DNA of 64,000 nt from assembly GCF_009914755.1 (NCBI RefSeq), contig NC_060942.1; one strand, 5' to 3'. The stretch is from the human T2T-CHM13v2.0 reference genome, Homo sapiens. Below, piece by piece: positions 38,201 through 50,800 of the stretch; position 1 is the stretch's first letter, and the number at the start of each line of letters is the position of its first letter. The notes beneath the pieces were generated by a model that had not been told where the DNA came from, made no database searches, and saw only the letters and a list, made by a program, of their open reading frames with translations. Both the position numbers and the translations under genes were made by a program.

Positions 38201-41200
38201 AGTCACAGAGTAGAACATTCCCTTTGGTAGAGCAGGTTTGAAACACTCTTTTTTTAGTATATGGAAGTGGACATTTGGAGCGCTTTCAGGCCTACGTTGG
38301 AAAAGGAAATATCTTCCCATAACAACTAGACAGAAGCATTCTCAGAAACTAGTTTCTGATGTGTGTCCTCAACTAACACAGTTGAACATTTCTTTAGACA
38401 GAACAGTTTTGAAACACTCTTTTTGTGGAATCTGCAAGTGGCTATTTGGCTAGATTTGAGGATTTCGTTGGAAACGGGATTACATATAAAAAGCAGACAG
38501 CAGCATTCTCAGAAAGTTCTTTGTGATGATTGCATTCAAGTCACAGAATTGAACATTCCCTTTCACAGAGCAGGTTTGAAACACTCTTTTTGTAGTGTGT
38601 GTAAGTGGACATTTGGAGCACTTTCCGGCCTAAGGTGAAAAAGGAAATATCTTCCCATAAAAACTAGACAGAAGCACTCTCAGAAACTTACTCGTGATGT
38701 GTGTCCTCAACTAAAGGAGTAGAACCTTTCTTTTCATAGAGAAGTTTTGAAACGCTCTTTTTGCGGAATCTGCAAGTGGATATTTGGCTAGTTTGGAGGA
38801 TTTCGTTGGAAGCGGGAATTCATACAAATTGCAGACTGCAGCGTTCTGAGAAACATCTTTGTGATGTTTGTATTCAGGACACAGAGTTGAACATTCCCTA
38901 TCATAGAGCAGGTTTGAATCACTCCTTTTGTAGTATCTGGAAGTGGACATTTGGAGCGCTTTCAGGCCTATGTTGGAAAAGGAAATATCTTCCCATAACA
39001 ACTAGACAGAAGCATTCTCAGAAACTTATTTGAGATGTGTGTACTCAACTAAGAGAATTGAACCACCGTTTTGAAGGAGCAGTTTTGAAACACTCTTTTT
39101 CTGGAATCTGCAAGTGGATATTTGGCTAGCTTTGGGGATTTCGCTGGAAGCGGGAATACATATAAAAAGCACACAGCAGCGTTCTGAGAAACTGCTTTCT
39201 GATGTTTGCATTCAAGTCAAAAGTTGAACACTCCCTTTCATAGTGCAGTCTGAAACACTCCTTTTGTAGTATCTGGAACTGGACTTTTGGAGCGCTTTCA
39301 GGGCTAAGGTGAAAAAGGAAATATCTTCCCATAAAAACTGGACAGAAGCATTCTCAGAAACTTGTTTATGCTGTATCTACTCAACTAACAAAGTTGAACC
39401 TTTCTTTTGATAGAGCAGTTTTGAAATGCTCTTTTTGTGGAATCTGCAAGTGGATATTTGGCTAGTTTTGAGGATTTCGTTGGAAGCGGGAATTCATACA
39501 AATTGCAGACTGCAGCGTTCTGAGAAACATCTTTGTGATGTTTGTATTCAGGACACAGAGTTGAACATTCCCTATCATAGAGCAGGTTGGAATCACTCCT
39601 TTTGTAGTATCTGGAAGTGGACATTTGGAGCGCTTTCAGGCCTATGTTGAAAAAGGAAATATCTTCCCATAACAACTAGACACAAGCATTCTCAGAAACT
39701 TGTTTGTGATGTGTGCCCTCTACTGACAGAGTTGAACCTTTCTTTTCATAGAGCAGTTTTGAAACACTCTTTTTGTAGAATCTGCAAGAGGATATTTGCA
39801 TAGCTTTGAGGATTTCGTGGGAAACGGGATTGTCTTCAGGTAAAATCTAGACAGAAGCATTCTCAGAAACTTCTTTGGGATGTTTGCATTCAAGTCACAG
39901 AGTAGAACATTCCCTTTGGTAGAGCAGGTTTGAAACACTCTTTTTGTAGTATCTGGAAGTGGACATTTGGAGCGCTTTCAGGCCTATGTTGGAAAGGGAA
40001 ATATCTTCCCGTAACAACTAGGCAGAAGCATTCTCAGAAACTTATTTGAGATGTGTGTACTCAACTAAGAGAATTGAACCACCGTTTTGAAGGAGCAGTT
40101 TTGAAACACTCTTTTTCTGGAATCTGCAAGAGGATATTTGCCTAGCCTTGAGGATTTCGTTGGAAACGGGATTGTCTTCAGATCAAATCTAGACAGAAGC
40201 ATTCTCAGAAACTTCTTTGGGATGTTTGCATTCAAGTCACAGAGTAGAACATTCCCTTTGGTAGAGCAGGTTTGAAACACTCTTTTTTTAGTATATGGAA
40301 GTGGACATTTGGAGCGCTTTCAGGCCTACGTTGGAAAAGGAAATATCTTCCCATAACAACTAGACAGAAGCATTCTCAGAAACTAGTTTCTGATGTGTGT
40401 CCTCAACTAACACAGTTGAACATTTCTTTAGACAGAACAGTTTTGAAACTCTCTTTTTGTGGAATCTGCAAGTGGCTATTTGGCTAGATTTGAGGATTTC
40501 GTTGGAAACGGGATTACATATAAAAAGCAGACAGCAGCATTCTCAGAAAGTTCTTTGTGATGATTGCATTCAAGTCACAGAATTGAACATTCCCTTTCAC
40601 AGAGCAGGTTTGAAACACTCTTTTTATAGTGTGTGTAAGTGGACATTTGGAGCACTTTCCGGCCTAAGGTGAAAAAGGAAATATCTTCCCATAAAAACTA
40701 GACAGAAGCATTCTCAGAAACTTACTCGTGATGTGTGTCCTCAACTAAAGGAGTAGAACCTTTCTTTTCATAGAGAAGTTTTGAAATGCTCTTTTTGTGG
40801 AATCTGCAAGTGGATATTTGGCTAGTTTGGAGGATTTCGTTGGAAGCGGGAATTCATACAAATTGCAGACTGCAGCGTTCTGAGAAACATCTTTGTGATG
40901 TTTGTATTCAGGACACAGAGTTGAACATTCCCTATCATAGAGCAGGTTGGAATCACTCCTTTTGTAGTATCTGGAAGTGGACATTTGGAGCGCTTTCAGG
41001 CCTATGTTGGAAAAGGAAATATCTTCCCATAACAACTAGACAGAAGCATTCTCAGAAACTTATTTGAGATGTGTGTACTCAACTAAGAGAATTGAACCAC
41101 CGTTTTGAAGGAGCAGTTTTGAAACACTCTTTTTCTGGAATCTGCAAGTGGATATTTGGCTAGCTTTGGGGATTTCGCTGGAGGCGGGAATACATATAAA

Positions 41201-42405
41201 AAGCACACAGCAGCGTTCTGAGAAACTGCTTTCTGATGTTTGCATTCAAGTCAAAATTTGAACACTCCCTTTCATAGAGCAGTCCTGAAACACTCCTTTT
41301 GTAGTATCTGGAACTGGACTTTTGGAGCGCTTTCAGGGCTAAGGTGAAAAAGGAAATATCTTCCCATAAAAACTGGACAGAAACATTCTCAGAAACTTGT
41401 TTATGCTGTATCTACTCAACTAACAAAGTTGAACCTTTCTTTTGATAGAGCAGTTTTGAAATGCTCTTTTTGTGGAATCTGCAAGTGGATATTTGGCTAG
41501 TTTTGAGGATTTCGTTGGAAGCGGGAATTCATACAAATTGCAGACTGCAGCGTTCTGAGAAACATCTTTGTGATGTTTGTATTCAGGACAGAGAGTTGAA
41601 CATTCCCTATCATAGAGCAGGTTGGAATCACTCCTTTTGTAGTATCTGGAAGTGGACATTTGGAGCGCTTTCTGGCCTATGTTGAAAAAGGAAATATCTT
41701 CCCATAACAACTAGACACAAGCATTCTCAGAAACTTGTTTGTGATGTGTGCCCTCTACTGACAGAGTTGAACCTTTCTTTTCATAGAGCAGTTTTGAAAC
41801 ACTCTTTTTGTAGAATCTGCAAGAGGATATTTGCATAGCTTTGAGGATTTCGTGGGAAACGGGATTGTCTTCAGGTAAAATCTAGACAGAAGCATTCTCA
41901 GAAACTTCTTTGGGATGTTTGCATTCAAGTCACAGAGTAGAACATTCCCTTTGGTAGAGCAGGTTTGAAACACTCTTTTTGTAGTATCTGGAAGTGGACA
42001 TTTGGAGCGCTTTCAGGCCTATGTTGGAAAGGGAAATATCTTCCCGTAACAACTAGGCAGAAGCATTCTCAGAAACTTATTTGAGATGTGTGTACTCAAC
42101 TAAGAGAATTGAACCACCGTTTTGAAGGAGCAGTTTTGAAACACTCTTTTTCTGGAATCTGCAAGAGGATATTTGCCTAGCTTTGAGGATTTCGTTGGAA
42201 ACGGGATTGTGTTCAGATCAAATCTAGACAGAAGCATTCTCAGAAACTTCTTTGGGATGTTTGCATTCAAGTCACAGAGTAGAACATTCCCTTTGGTAGA
42301 GCAGGTGTGAAACACTCTTTTTTTAGTATATGGAAGTGGACATTTGGAGCGCTTTCAGGCCTACGTTGGAAAAGGAAATATCTTCCCATAACAACTAGAC
42401 AGAAG

Positions 42406-43080
42406 CATTCTCAGAAACTAGTTTCTGAAGTGTGTCCTCAACTAACACAGTTGAACATTTCTTTAGACAGAACAGTTTTGAAACTCTCTTTTTGTGGAAT
42501 CTGCAAGTGGCTATTTGGCTAGATTTGAGGATTTCGTTGGAAACGGGATTACATATAAAAAGCAGACAGCAGCATTCTCAGAAAGTTCTTTGTGATGATT
42601 GCATTCAAGTCACAGAATTGAACATTCCCTTTCACAGAGCAGGTTTGAAACACTCTTTTTGTAGTGTGTGTAAGTGGACATTTGGAGCACTTTCCGGCCT
42701 AAGGTGAGAAAGGAAATATCTTCCCATAAAAACTAGACAGAAGCATTCTCAGAAACTTACTCGTGATGTGTGTCCTCAACTAAAGGAGTAGAACCTTTCT
42801 TTCATAGAGAAGTTTTGAAACGCTCTTTTTGTGGAATCTGCAAGTGGATATTTGGCTAGTTTGGAGGATTTCGTTGGAAGCGGGAATTCATACAAATTGC
42901 AGACTGCAGCGTTCTGAGAAACATCTTTGTGATGTTTGTATTCAGGACACAGAGTTGAACATTCCCTATCATAGAGCAGGTTGGAATCACTCCTTTTGTA
43001 GTATCTGGAAGTGGACATTTGGAGCGCTTTCAGGCCTACGTTGGAAAAGGAAATATCTTCCCATAACAACTAGACAGAAG
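42406..43080 (+). repeat. 4-mer HOR variant (A-B, 675 bp)
   Basis: A starts at 42406 and 43081. Confidence 0.92.
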
Positions 43081-46000
43081 CATTCTCAGAAACTAGTTTC
43101 TGATGTGTGTCCTCAACTAACACAGTTGAACATTTCTTTAGACAGAACAGTTTTGAAACACTCTTTTTGTGGAATCTGCAAGTGGCTATTTGGCTAGATT
43201 TGAGGATTTCGTTGGAAACGGGATTACATATAAAAAGCAGACAGCAGCATTCTCAGAAAGTTCTTTGTGATGATTGCATTCAAGTCACAGAATTGAACAT
43301 TCCCTTTCACAGAGCAGGTTTGAAACACTCTTTTTGTAGTGTGTGTAAGTGGACATTTGGAGCACTTTCCGGCCTAAGGTGAAAAAGGAAATATCTTCCC
43401 ATAAAAACTAGACAGAAGCACTCTCAGAAACTTACTCATGATGTGTGTCCTCAACTAAAGGAGTAGAACCTTTCTTTTCATAGAGAAGTTTTGAAACGCT
43501 CTTTTTGTGGAATCTGCAAGTGGATATTTGGCTAGTTTGGAGGATTTCGTTGGAAGCGGGAATTCATACAAATTGCAGACTGCAGCGTTCTGAGAAACAT
43601 CTTTGTGATGTTTGTATTCAGGACACAGAGTTGAACATTCCCTATCATAGAGCAGGTTGGAATCACTCCTTTTGTAGTATCTGGAAGTGGACATTTGGAG
43701 CGCTTTCAGGCCTATGTTGGAAAAGGAAATATCTTCCCATAACAACTAGACAGAAGCATTCTCAGAAACTTATTTGAGATGTGTGTACTCAACTAAGAGA
43801 ATTGAACCACCGTTTTGAAGGAGCAGTTTTGAAACACTCTTTTTCTGGAATCTGCAAGTGGATATTTGGCTAGCTTTGGGGATTTCGCTGGAAGCGGGAA
43901 TACATATAAAAAGCACACAGCAGCGTTCTGAGAAACTGCTTTCTGATGTTTGCATTCAAGTCAAAAGTTGAACACTCCCTTTCATAGTGCAGTCCTGAAA
44001 CACTCCTTTTGTAGTATCTGGAACTGGACTTTTGGAGCGCTTTCAGGGCTAAGGTGAAAAAGGAAATATCTTCCCATAAAAACTGGACAGAAGCATTCTC
44101 AGAAACTTGTTTATGCTGTATCTACTCAACTAACAAAGTTGAACCTTTCTTTTGATAGAGCAGTTTTGAAATGCTCTTTTTGTGGAATCTGCAAGTGGAT
44201 ATTTGGCTAGTTTTGAGGATTTCGTTGGAAGCGGGAATTCATACAAATTGCAGACTGCAGCGTTCTGAGAAACATCTTTGTGATGTTTGTATTCAGGACA
44301 GAGAGTTGAACATTCCCTATCATAGAGCAGGTTGGAATCACTCCTTTTGTAGTATCTGGAAGTGGACATTTGGAGCGCTTTCAGGCCTATGTTGAAAAAG
44401 GAAATATCTTCCCATAACAACTAGACACAAGCATTCTCAGAAACTTGTTAGTGATGTGTGCCCTCTACTGACAGAGTTGAACCTTTCTTTTCATAGAGCA
44501 GTTTTGAAACACTCTTTTTGTAGAATCTGCAAGAGGATATTTGCATAGCTTTGAGGATTTCGTGGGAAACGGGATTGTCTTCAGGTAAAATCTAGACAGA
44601 AGCATTCTCAGAAACTTCTTTGGGATGTTTGCATTCAAGTCACAGAGTAGAACATTCCCTTTGGTAGAGCAGGTTTGAAACACTCTTTTTGTAGTATCTG
44701 GAAGTGGACATTTGGAGCGCTTTCAGGCCTATGTTGGAAAGGGAAATATCTTCCCGTAACAACTAGGCAGAAGCATTCTCAGAAACTTATTTGAGATGTG
44801 TGTACTCAACTAAGAGAATTGAACCACCGTTTTGAAGGAGCAGTTTTGAAACACTCTTTTTCTGGAATCTGCAAGAGGATATTTGCCTAGCCTTGAGGAT
44901 TTCGTTGGAAACGGGATTGTCTTCAGATCAAATCTAGACAGAAGCATTCTCAGAAAATTCTTTGGGATGTTTGCATTCAAGTCACAGAGTAGAACATTCC
45001 CTTTGGTAGAGCAGGTTTGAAACACTCTTTTTTTAGTATATGGAAGTGGACATTTGGAGCGCTTTCAGGCCTACGTTGGAAAAGGAAATATCTTCCCATA
45101 ACAACTAGACAGAAGCATTCTCAGAAACTAGTTTCTGATGTGTGTCCTCAACTAACACAGTTGAACATTTCTTTAGACAGAACAGTTTTGAAACTCTCTT
45201 TTTGTGGAATCTGCAAGTGGCTATTTGGCTAGATTTGAGGATTTCGTTGGAAACGGGATTACATATAAAAAGCAGACAGCAGCATTCTCAGAAAGTTCTT
45301 TGTGATGATTGCATTCAAGTCACAGAATTCAACATTCCCTTTCACAGAGCAGGTTTGAAACACTCTTTTTATAGTGTGTGTAAGTGGACATTTGGAACAC
45401 TTTCCGGCCTAAGGTGAAAAAGGAAATATCTTCCCATAAAAACTAGACAGAAGCATTCTCAGAAACTTACTCGTGATGTGTGTCCTCAACTAAAGGAGTC
45501 GAACCTTTCTTTTCATAGAGAAGTTTTGAAACGCTCTTTTTGTGGAATCTGCAAGTGGATATTTGGCTAGTTTGGAGGATTTCGTTGGAAGCGGGAATTC
45601 ATACAAATTGCAGACTGCAGCGTTCTGAGAAACATCTTTGTGATGTTTGTATTCAGGACACAGAGTTGAACATTCCCTATCATAGAGCAGGTTGGAATCA
45701 CTCCTTTTGTAGTATCTGGAAGTGGACATTTGGAGCGCTTTCAGGCCTATGTTGGAAAAGGAAATATCTTCCCATAACAACTAGACAGAAGCATTCTCAG
45801 AAACTTATTTGAGATGTGTGTACTCAACTAAGAGAATTGAACCACCGTTTTGAAGGAGCAGTTTTGAAACACTCTTTTTCTGGAATCTGCAAGTGGATAT
45901 TTGGCTAGCTTTGGGGATTTCGCTGGAGGCGGGAATACATATAAAAAGCACACAGCAGCGTTCTGAGAAACTGCTTTCTGATGTTTGCATTCAAGTCAAA

Positions 46001-47150
46001 AGTTGAACACTCCCTTTCATAGAGCAGTCCTGAAACACTCCTTTTGTAGTATCTGGAACTGGACTTTTGGAGCGCTTTCAGGGCTAAGGTGAAAAAGGAA
46101 ATATCTTCCCATAAAAACTGGACAGAAGCATTCTCAGAAACTTGTTTATGCTGTATCTACTCAACTAACAAAGTTGAACCTTTCTTTTGATAGAGCAGTT
46201 TTGAAATGCTCTTTTTGTGGAATCTGCAAGTGGATATTTGGCTAGTTTTGAGGATTTCGTTGGAAGCGGGAATTCATACAAATTGCAGACTGCAGCGTTC
46301 TGAGAAACATCTTTGTGATGTTTGTATTCAGGACAGAGAGTTGAACATTCCCTATCATAGAGCAGGTTGGAATCACTCCTTTTGTAGTATCTGGAAGTGG
46401 ACATTTGGAGCGCTTTCTGGCCTATGTTGAAAAAGGAAATATCTTCCCATAACAACTAGACACAAGCATTCTCAGAAACTTGTTTGTGATGTGTGCCCTC
46501 TACTGACAGAGTTGAACCTTTCTTTTCATAGAGCAGTTTTGAAACACTCTTTTTGTAGAATCTGCAAGAGGATTTTTGCATAGCTTTGAGGATTTCGTGG
46601 GAAACGGGATTGTCTTCAGGTAAAATCTAGACAGAAGCATTCTCAGAAACTTCTTTGGGATGTTTGCATTCAAGTCACAGAGTAGAACATTCCCTTTGGT
46701 AGAGCAGGTTTGAAACACTCTTTTTGTAGTATCTGGAAGTGGACATTTGGAGCGCTTTCAGGCCTATGTTGGAAAGGGAAATATCTTCCCGTAACAACTA
46801 GGCAGAAGCATTCTCAGAAACTTATTTGAGATGTGTGTACTCAACTAAGAGAATTGAACCACCGTTTTGAAGGAGCAGTTTTGAAACACTCTTTTTCTGG
46901 AATCTGCAAGAGGATATTTGCCTAGCTTTGAGGATTTCGTTGGAAACGGGATTGTGTTCAGATCAAATCTAGACAGAAGCATTCTCAGAAACTTCTTTGG
47001 GATGTTTGCATTCAAGTCACAGAGTAGAACATTCCCTTTGGTAGAGCAGGTGTGAAACACTCTTTTTTTAGTATATGGAAGTGGACATTTGGAGCGCTTT
47101 CAGGCCTACGTTGGAAAAGGAAATATCTTCCCATAACAACTAGACAGAAG

Positions 47151-47825
47151 CATTCTCAGAAACTAGTTTCTGAAGTGTGTCCTCAACTAACACAGTTGAA
47201 CATTTCTTTAGACAGAACAGTTTTGAAACTCTCTTTTTGTGGAATCTGCAAGTGGCTATTTGGCTAGATTTGAGGATTTCGTTGGAAACGGGATTACATA
47301 TAAAAAGCAGACAGCAGCATTCTCAGAAAGTTCTTTGTGATGATTGCATTCAAGTCACAGAATTGAACATTCCCTTTCACAGAGCAGGTTTGAAACACTC
47401 TTTTTGTAGTGTGTGTAAGTGGACATTTGGAGCACTTTCCGGCCTAAGGTGAGAAAGGAAATATCTTCCCATAAAAACTAGACAGAAGCATTCTCAGAAA
47501 CTTACTCGTGATGTGTGTCCTCAACTAAAGGAGTAGAACCTTTCTTTCATAGAGAAGTTTTGAAACGCTCTTTTTGTGGAATCTGCAAGTGGATATTTGG
47601 CTAGTTTGGAGGATTTCGTTGGAAGCGGGAATTCATACAAATTGCAGACTGCAGCGTTCTGAGAAACATCTTTGTGATGTTTGTATTCAGGACACAGAGT
47701 TGAACATTCCCTATCATAGAGCAGGTTGGAATCACTCCTTTTGTAGTATCTGGAAGTGGACATTTGGAGCGCTTTCAGGCCTACGTTGGAAAAGGAAATA
47801 TCTTCCCATAACAACTAGACAGAAG
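47151..47825 (+). repeat. 4-mer HOR variant (A-B, 675 bp)
   Basis: A starts at 47151 and 47826. Confidence 0.92.
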
Positions 47826-50800
47826 CATTCTCAGAAACTAGTTTCTGATGTGTGTCCTCAACTAACACAGTTGAACATTTCTTTAGACAGAACAGTTTTG
47901 AAACACTCTTTTTGTGGAATCTGCAAGTGGCTATTTGGCTAGATTTGAGGATTTCGTTGGAAACGGGATTACATATAAAAAGCAGACAGCAGCATTCTCA
48001 GAAAGTTCTTTGTGATGATTGCATTCAAGTCACAGAATTGAACATTCCCTTTCACAGAGCAGGTTTGAAACACTCTTTTTGTAGTGTGTGTAAGTGGACA
48101 TTTGGAGCACTTTCCGGCCTAAGGTGAAAAAGGAAATATCTTCCCATAAAAACTAGACAGAAGCACTCTCAGAAACTTACTCATGATGTGTGTCCTCAAC
48201 TAAAGGAGTAGAACCTTTCTTTTCATAGAGAAGTTTTGAAACGCTCTTTTTGTGGAATCTGCAAGTGGATATTTGGCTAGTTTGGAGGATTTCGTTGGAA
48301 GCGGGAATTCATACAAATTGCAGACTGCAGCGTTCTGAGAAACATCTTTGTGATGTTTGTATTCAGGACACAGAGTTGAACATTCCCTATCATAGAGCAG
48401 GTTGGAATCACTCCTTTTGTAGTATCTGGAAGTGGACATTTGGAGCGCTTTCAGGCCTATGTTGGAAAAGGAAATATCTTCCCATAACAACTAGACAGAA
48501 GCATTCTCAGAAACTTATTTGAGATGTGTGTACTCAACTAAGAGAATTGAACCACCGTTTTGAAGGAGCAGTTTTGAAACACTCTTTTTCTGGAATCTGC
48601 AAGTGGATATTTGGCTAGCTTTGGGGATTTCGCTGGAAGCGGGAATACATATAAAAAGCACACAGCAGCGTTCTGAGAAACTGCTTTCTGATGTTTGCAT
48701 TCAAGTCAAAAGTTGAACACTCCCTTTCATAGTGCAGTCCTGAAACACTCCTTTTGTAGTATCTGGAACTGGACTTTTGGAGCGCTTTCAGGGCTAAGGT
48801 GAAAAAGGAAATATCTTCCCATAAAAACTGGACAGAAGCATTCTCAGAAACTTGTTTATGCTGTATCTACTCAACTAACAAAGTTGAACCTTTCTTTTGA
48901 TAGAGCAGTTTTGAAATGCTCTTTTTGTGGAATCTGCAAGTGGATATTTGGCTAGTTTTGAGGATTTCGTTGGAAGCGGGAATTCATACAAATTGCAGAC
49001 TGCAGCGTTCTGAGAAACATCTTTGTGATGTTTGTATTCAGGACAGAGAGTTGAACATTCCCTATCATAGAGCAGGTTGGAATCACTCCTTTTGTAGTAT
49101 CTGGAAGTGGACATTTGGAGCGCTTTCAGGCCTATGTTGAAAAAGGAAATATCTTCCCATAACAACTAGACACAAGCATTCTCAGAAACTTGTTAGTGAT
49201 GTGTGCCCTCTACTGACAGAGTTGAACCTTTCTTTTCATAGAGCAGTTTTGAAACACTCTTTTTGTAGAATCTGCAAGAGGATATTTGCATAGCTTTGAG
49301 GATTTCGTGGGAAACGGGATTGTCTTCAGGTAAAATCTAGACAGAAGCATTCTCAGAAACTTCTTTGGGATGTTTGCATTCAAGTCACAGAGTAGAACAT
49401 TCCCTTTGGTAGAGCAGGTTTGAAACACTCTTTTTGTAGTATCTGGAAGTGGACATTTGGAGCGCTTTCAGGCCTATGTTGGAAAGGGAAATATCTTCCC
49501 GTAACAACTAGGCAGAAGCATTCTCAGAAACTTATTTGAGATGTGTGTACTCAACTAAGAGAATTGAACCACCGTTTTGAAGGAGCAGTTTTGAAACACT
49601 CTTTTTCTGGAATCTGCAAGAGGATATTTGCCTAGCCTTGAGGATTTCGTTGGAAACGGGATTGTCTTCAGATCAAATCTAGACAGAAGCATTCTCAGAA
49701 AATTCTTTGGGATGTTTGCATTCAAGTCACAGAGTAGAACATTCCCTTTGGTAGAGCAGGTTTGAAACACTCTTTTTTTAGTATATGGAAGTGGACATTT
49801 GGAGCGCTTTCAGGCCTACGTTGGAAAAGGAAATATCTTCCCATAACAACTAGACAGAAGCATTCTCAGAAACTAGTTTCTGATGTGTGTCCTCAACTAA
49901 CACAGTTGAACATTTCTTTAGACAGAACAGTTTTGAAACTCTCTTTTTGTGGAATCTGCAAGTGGCTATTTGGCTAGATTTGAGGATTTCGTTGGAAACG
50001 GGATTACATATAAAAAGCAGACAGCAGCATTCTCAGAAAGTTCTTTGTGATGATTGCATTCAAGTCACAGAATTCAACATTCCCTTTCACAGAGCAGGTT
50101 TGAAACACTCTTTTTATAGTGTGTGTAAGTGGACATTTGGAACACTTTCCGGCCTAAGGTGAAAAAGGAAATATCTTCCCATAAAAACTAGACAGAAGCA
50201 TTCTCAGAAACTTACTCGTGATGTGTGTCCTCAACTAAAGGAGTCGAACCTTTCTTTTCATAGAGAAGTTTTGAAACGCTCTTTTTGTGGAATCTGCAAG
50301 TGGATATTTGGCTAGTTTGGAGGATTTCGTTGGAAGCGGGAATTCATACAAATTGCAGACTGCAGCGTTCTGAGAAACATCTTTGTGATGTTTGTATTCA
50401 GGACACAGAGTTGAACATTCCCTATCATAGAGCAGGTTGGAATCACTCCTTTTGTAGTATCTGGAAGTGGACATTTGGAGCGCTTTCAGGCCTATGTTGG
50501 AAAAGGAAATATCTTCCCATAACAACTAGACAGAAGCATTCTCAGAAACTTATTTGAGATGTGTGTACTCAACTAAGAGAATTGAACCACCGTTTTGAAG
50601 GAGCAGTTTTGAAACACTCTTTTTCTGGAATCTGCAAGTGGATATTTGGCTAGCTTTGGGGATTTCGCTGGAGGCGGGAATACATATAAAAAGCACACAG
50701 CAGCGTTCTGAGAAACTGCTTTCTGATGTTTGCATTCAAGTCAAAAGTTGAACACTCCCTTTCATAGAGCAGTCCTGAAACACTCCTTTTGTAGTATCTG

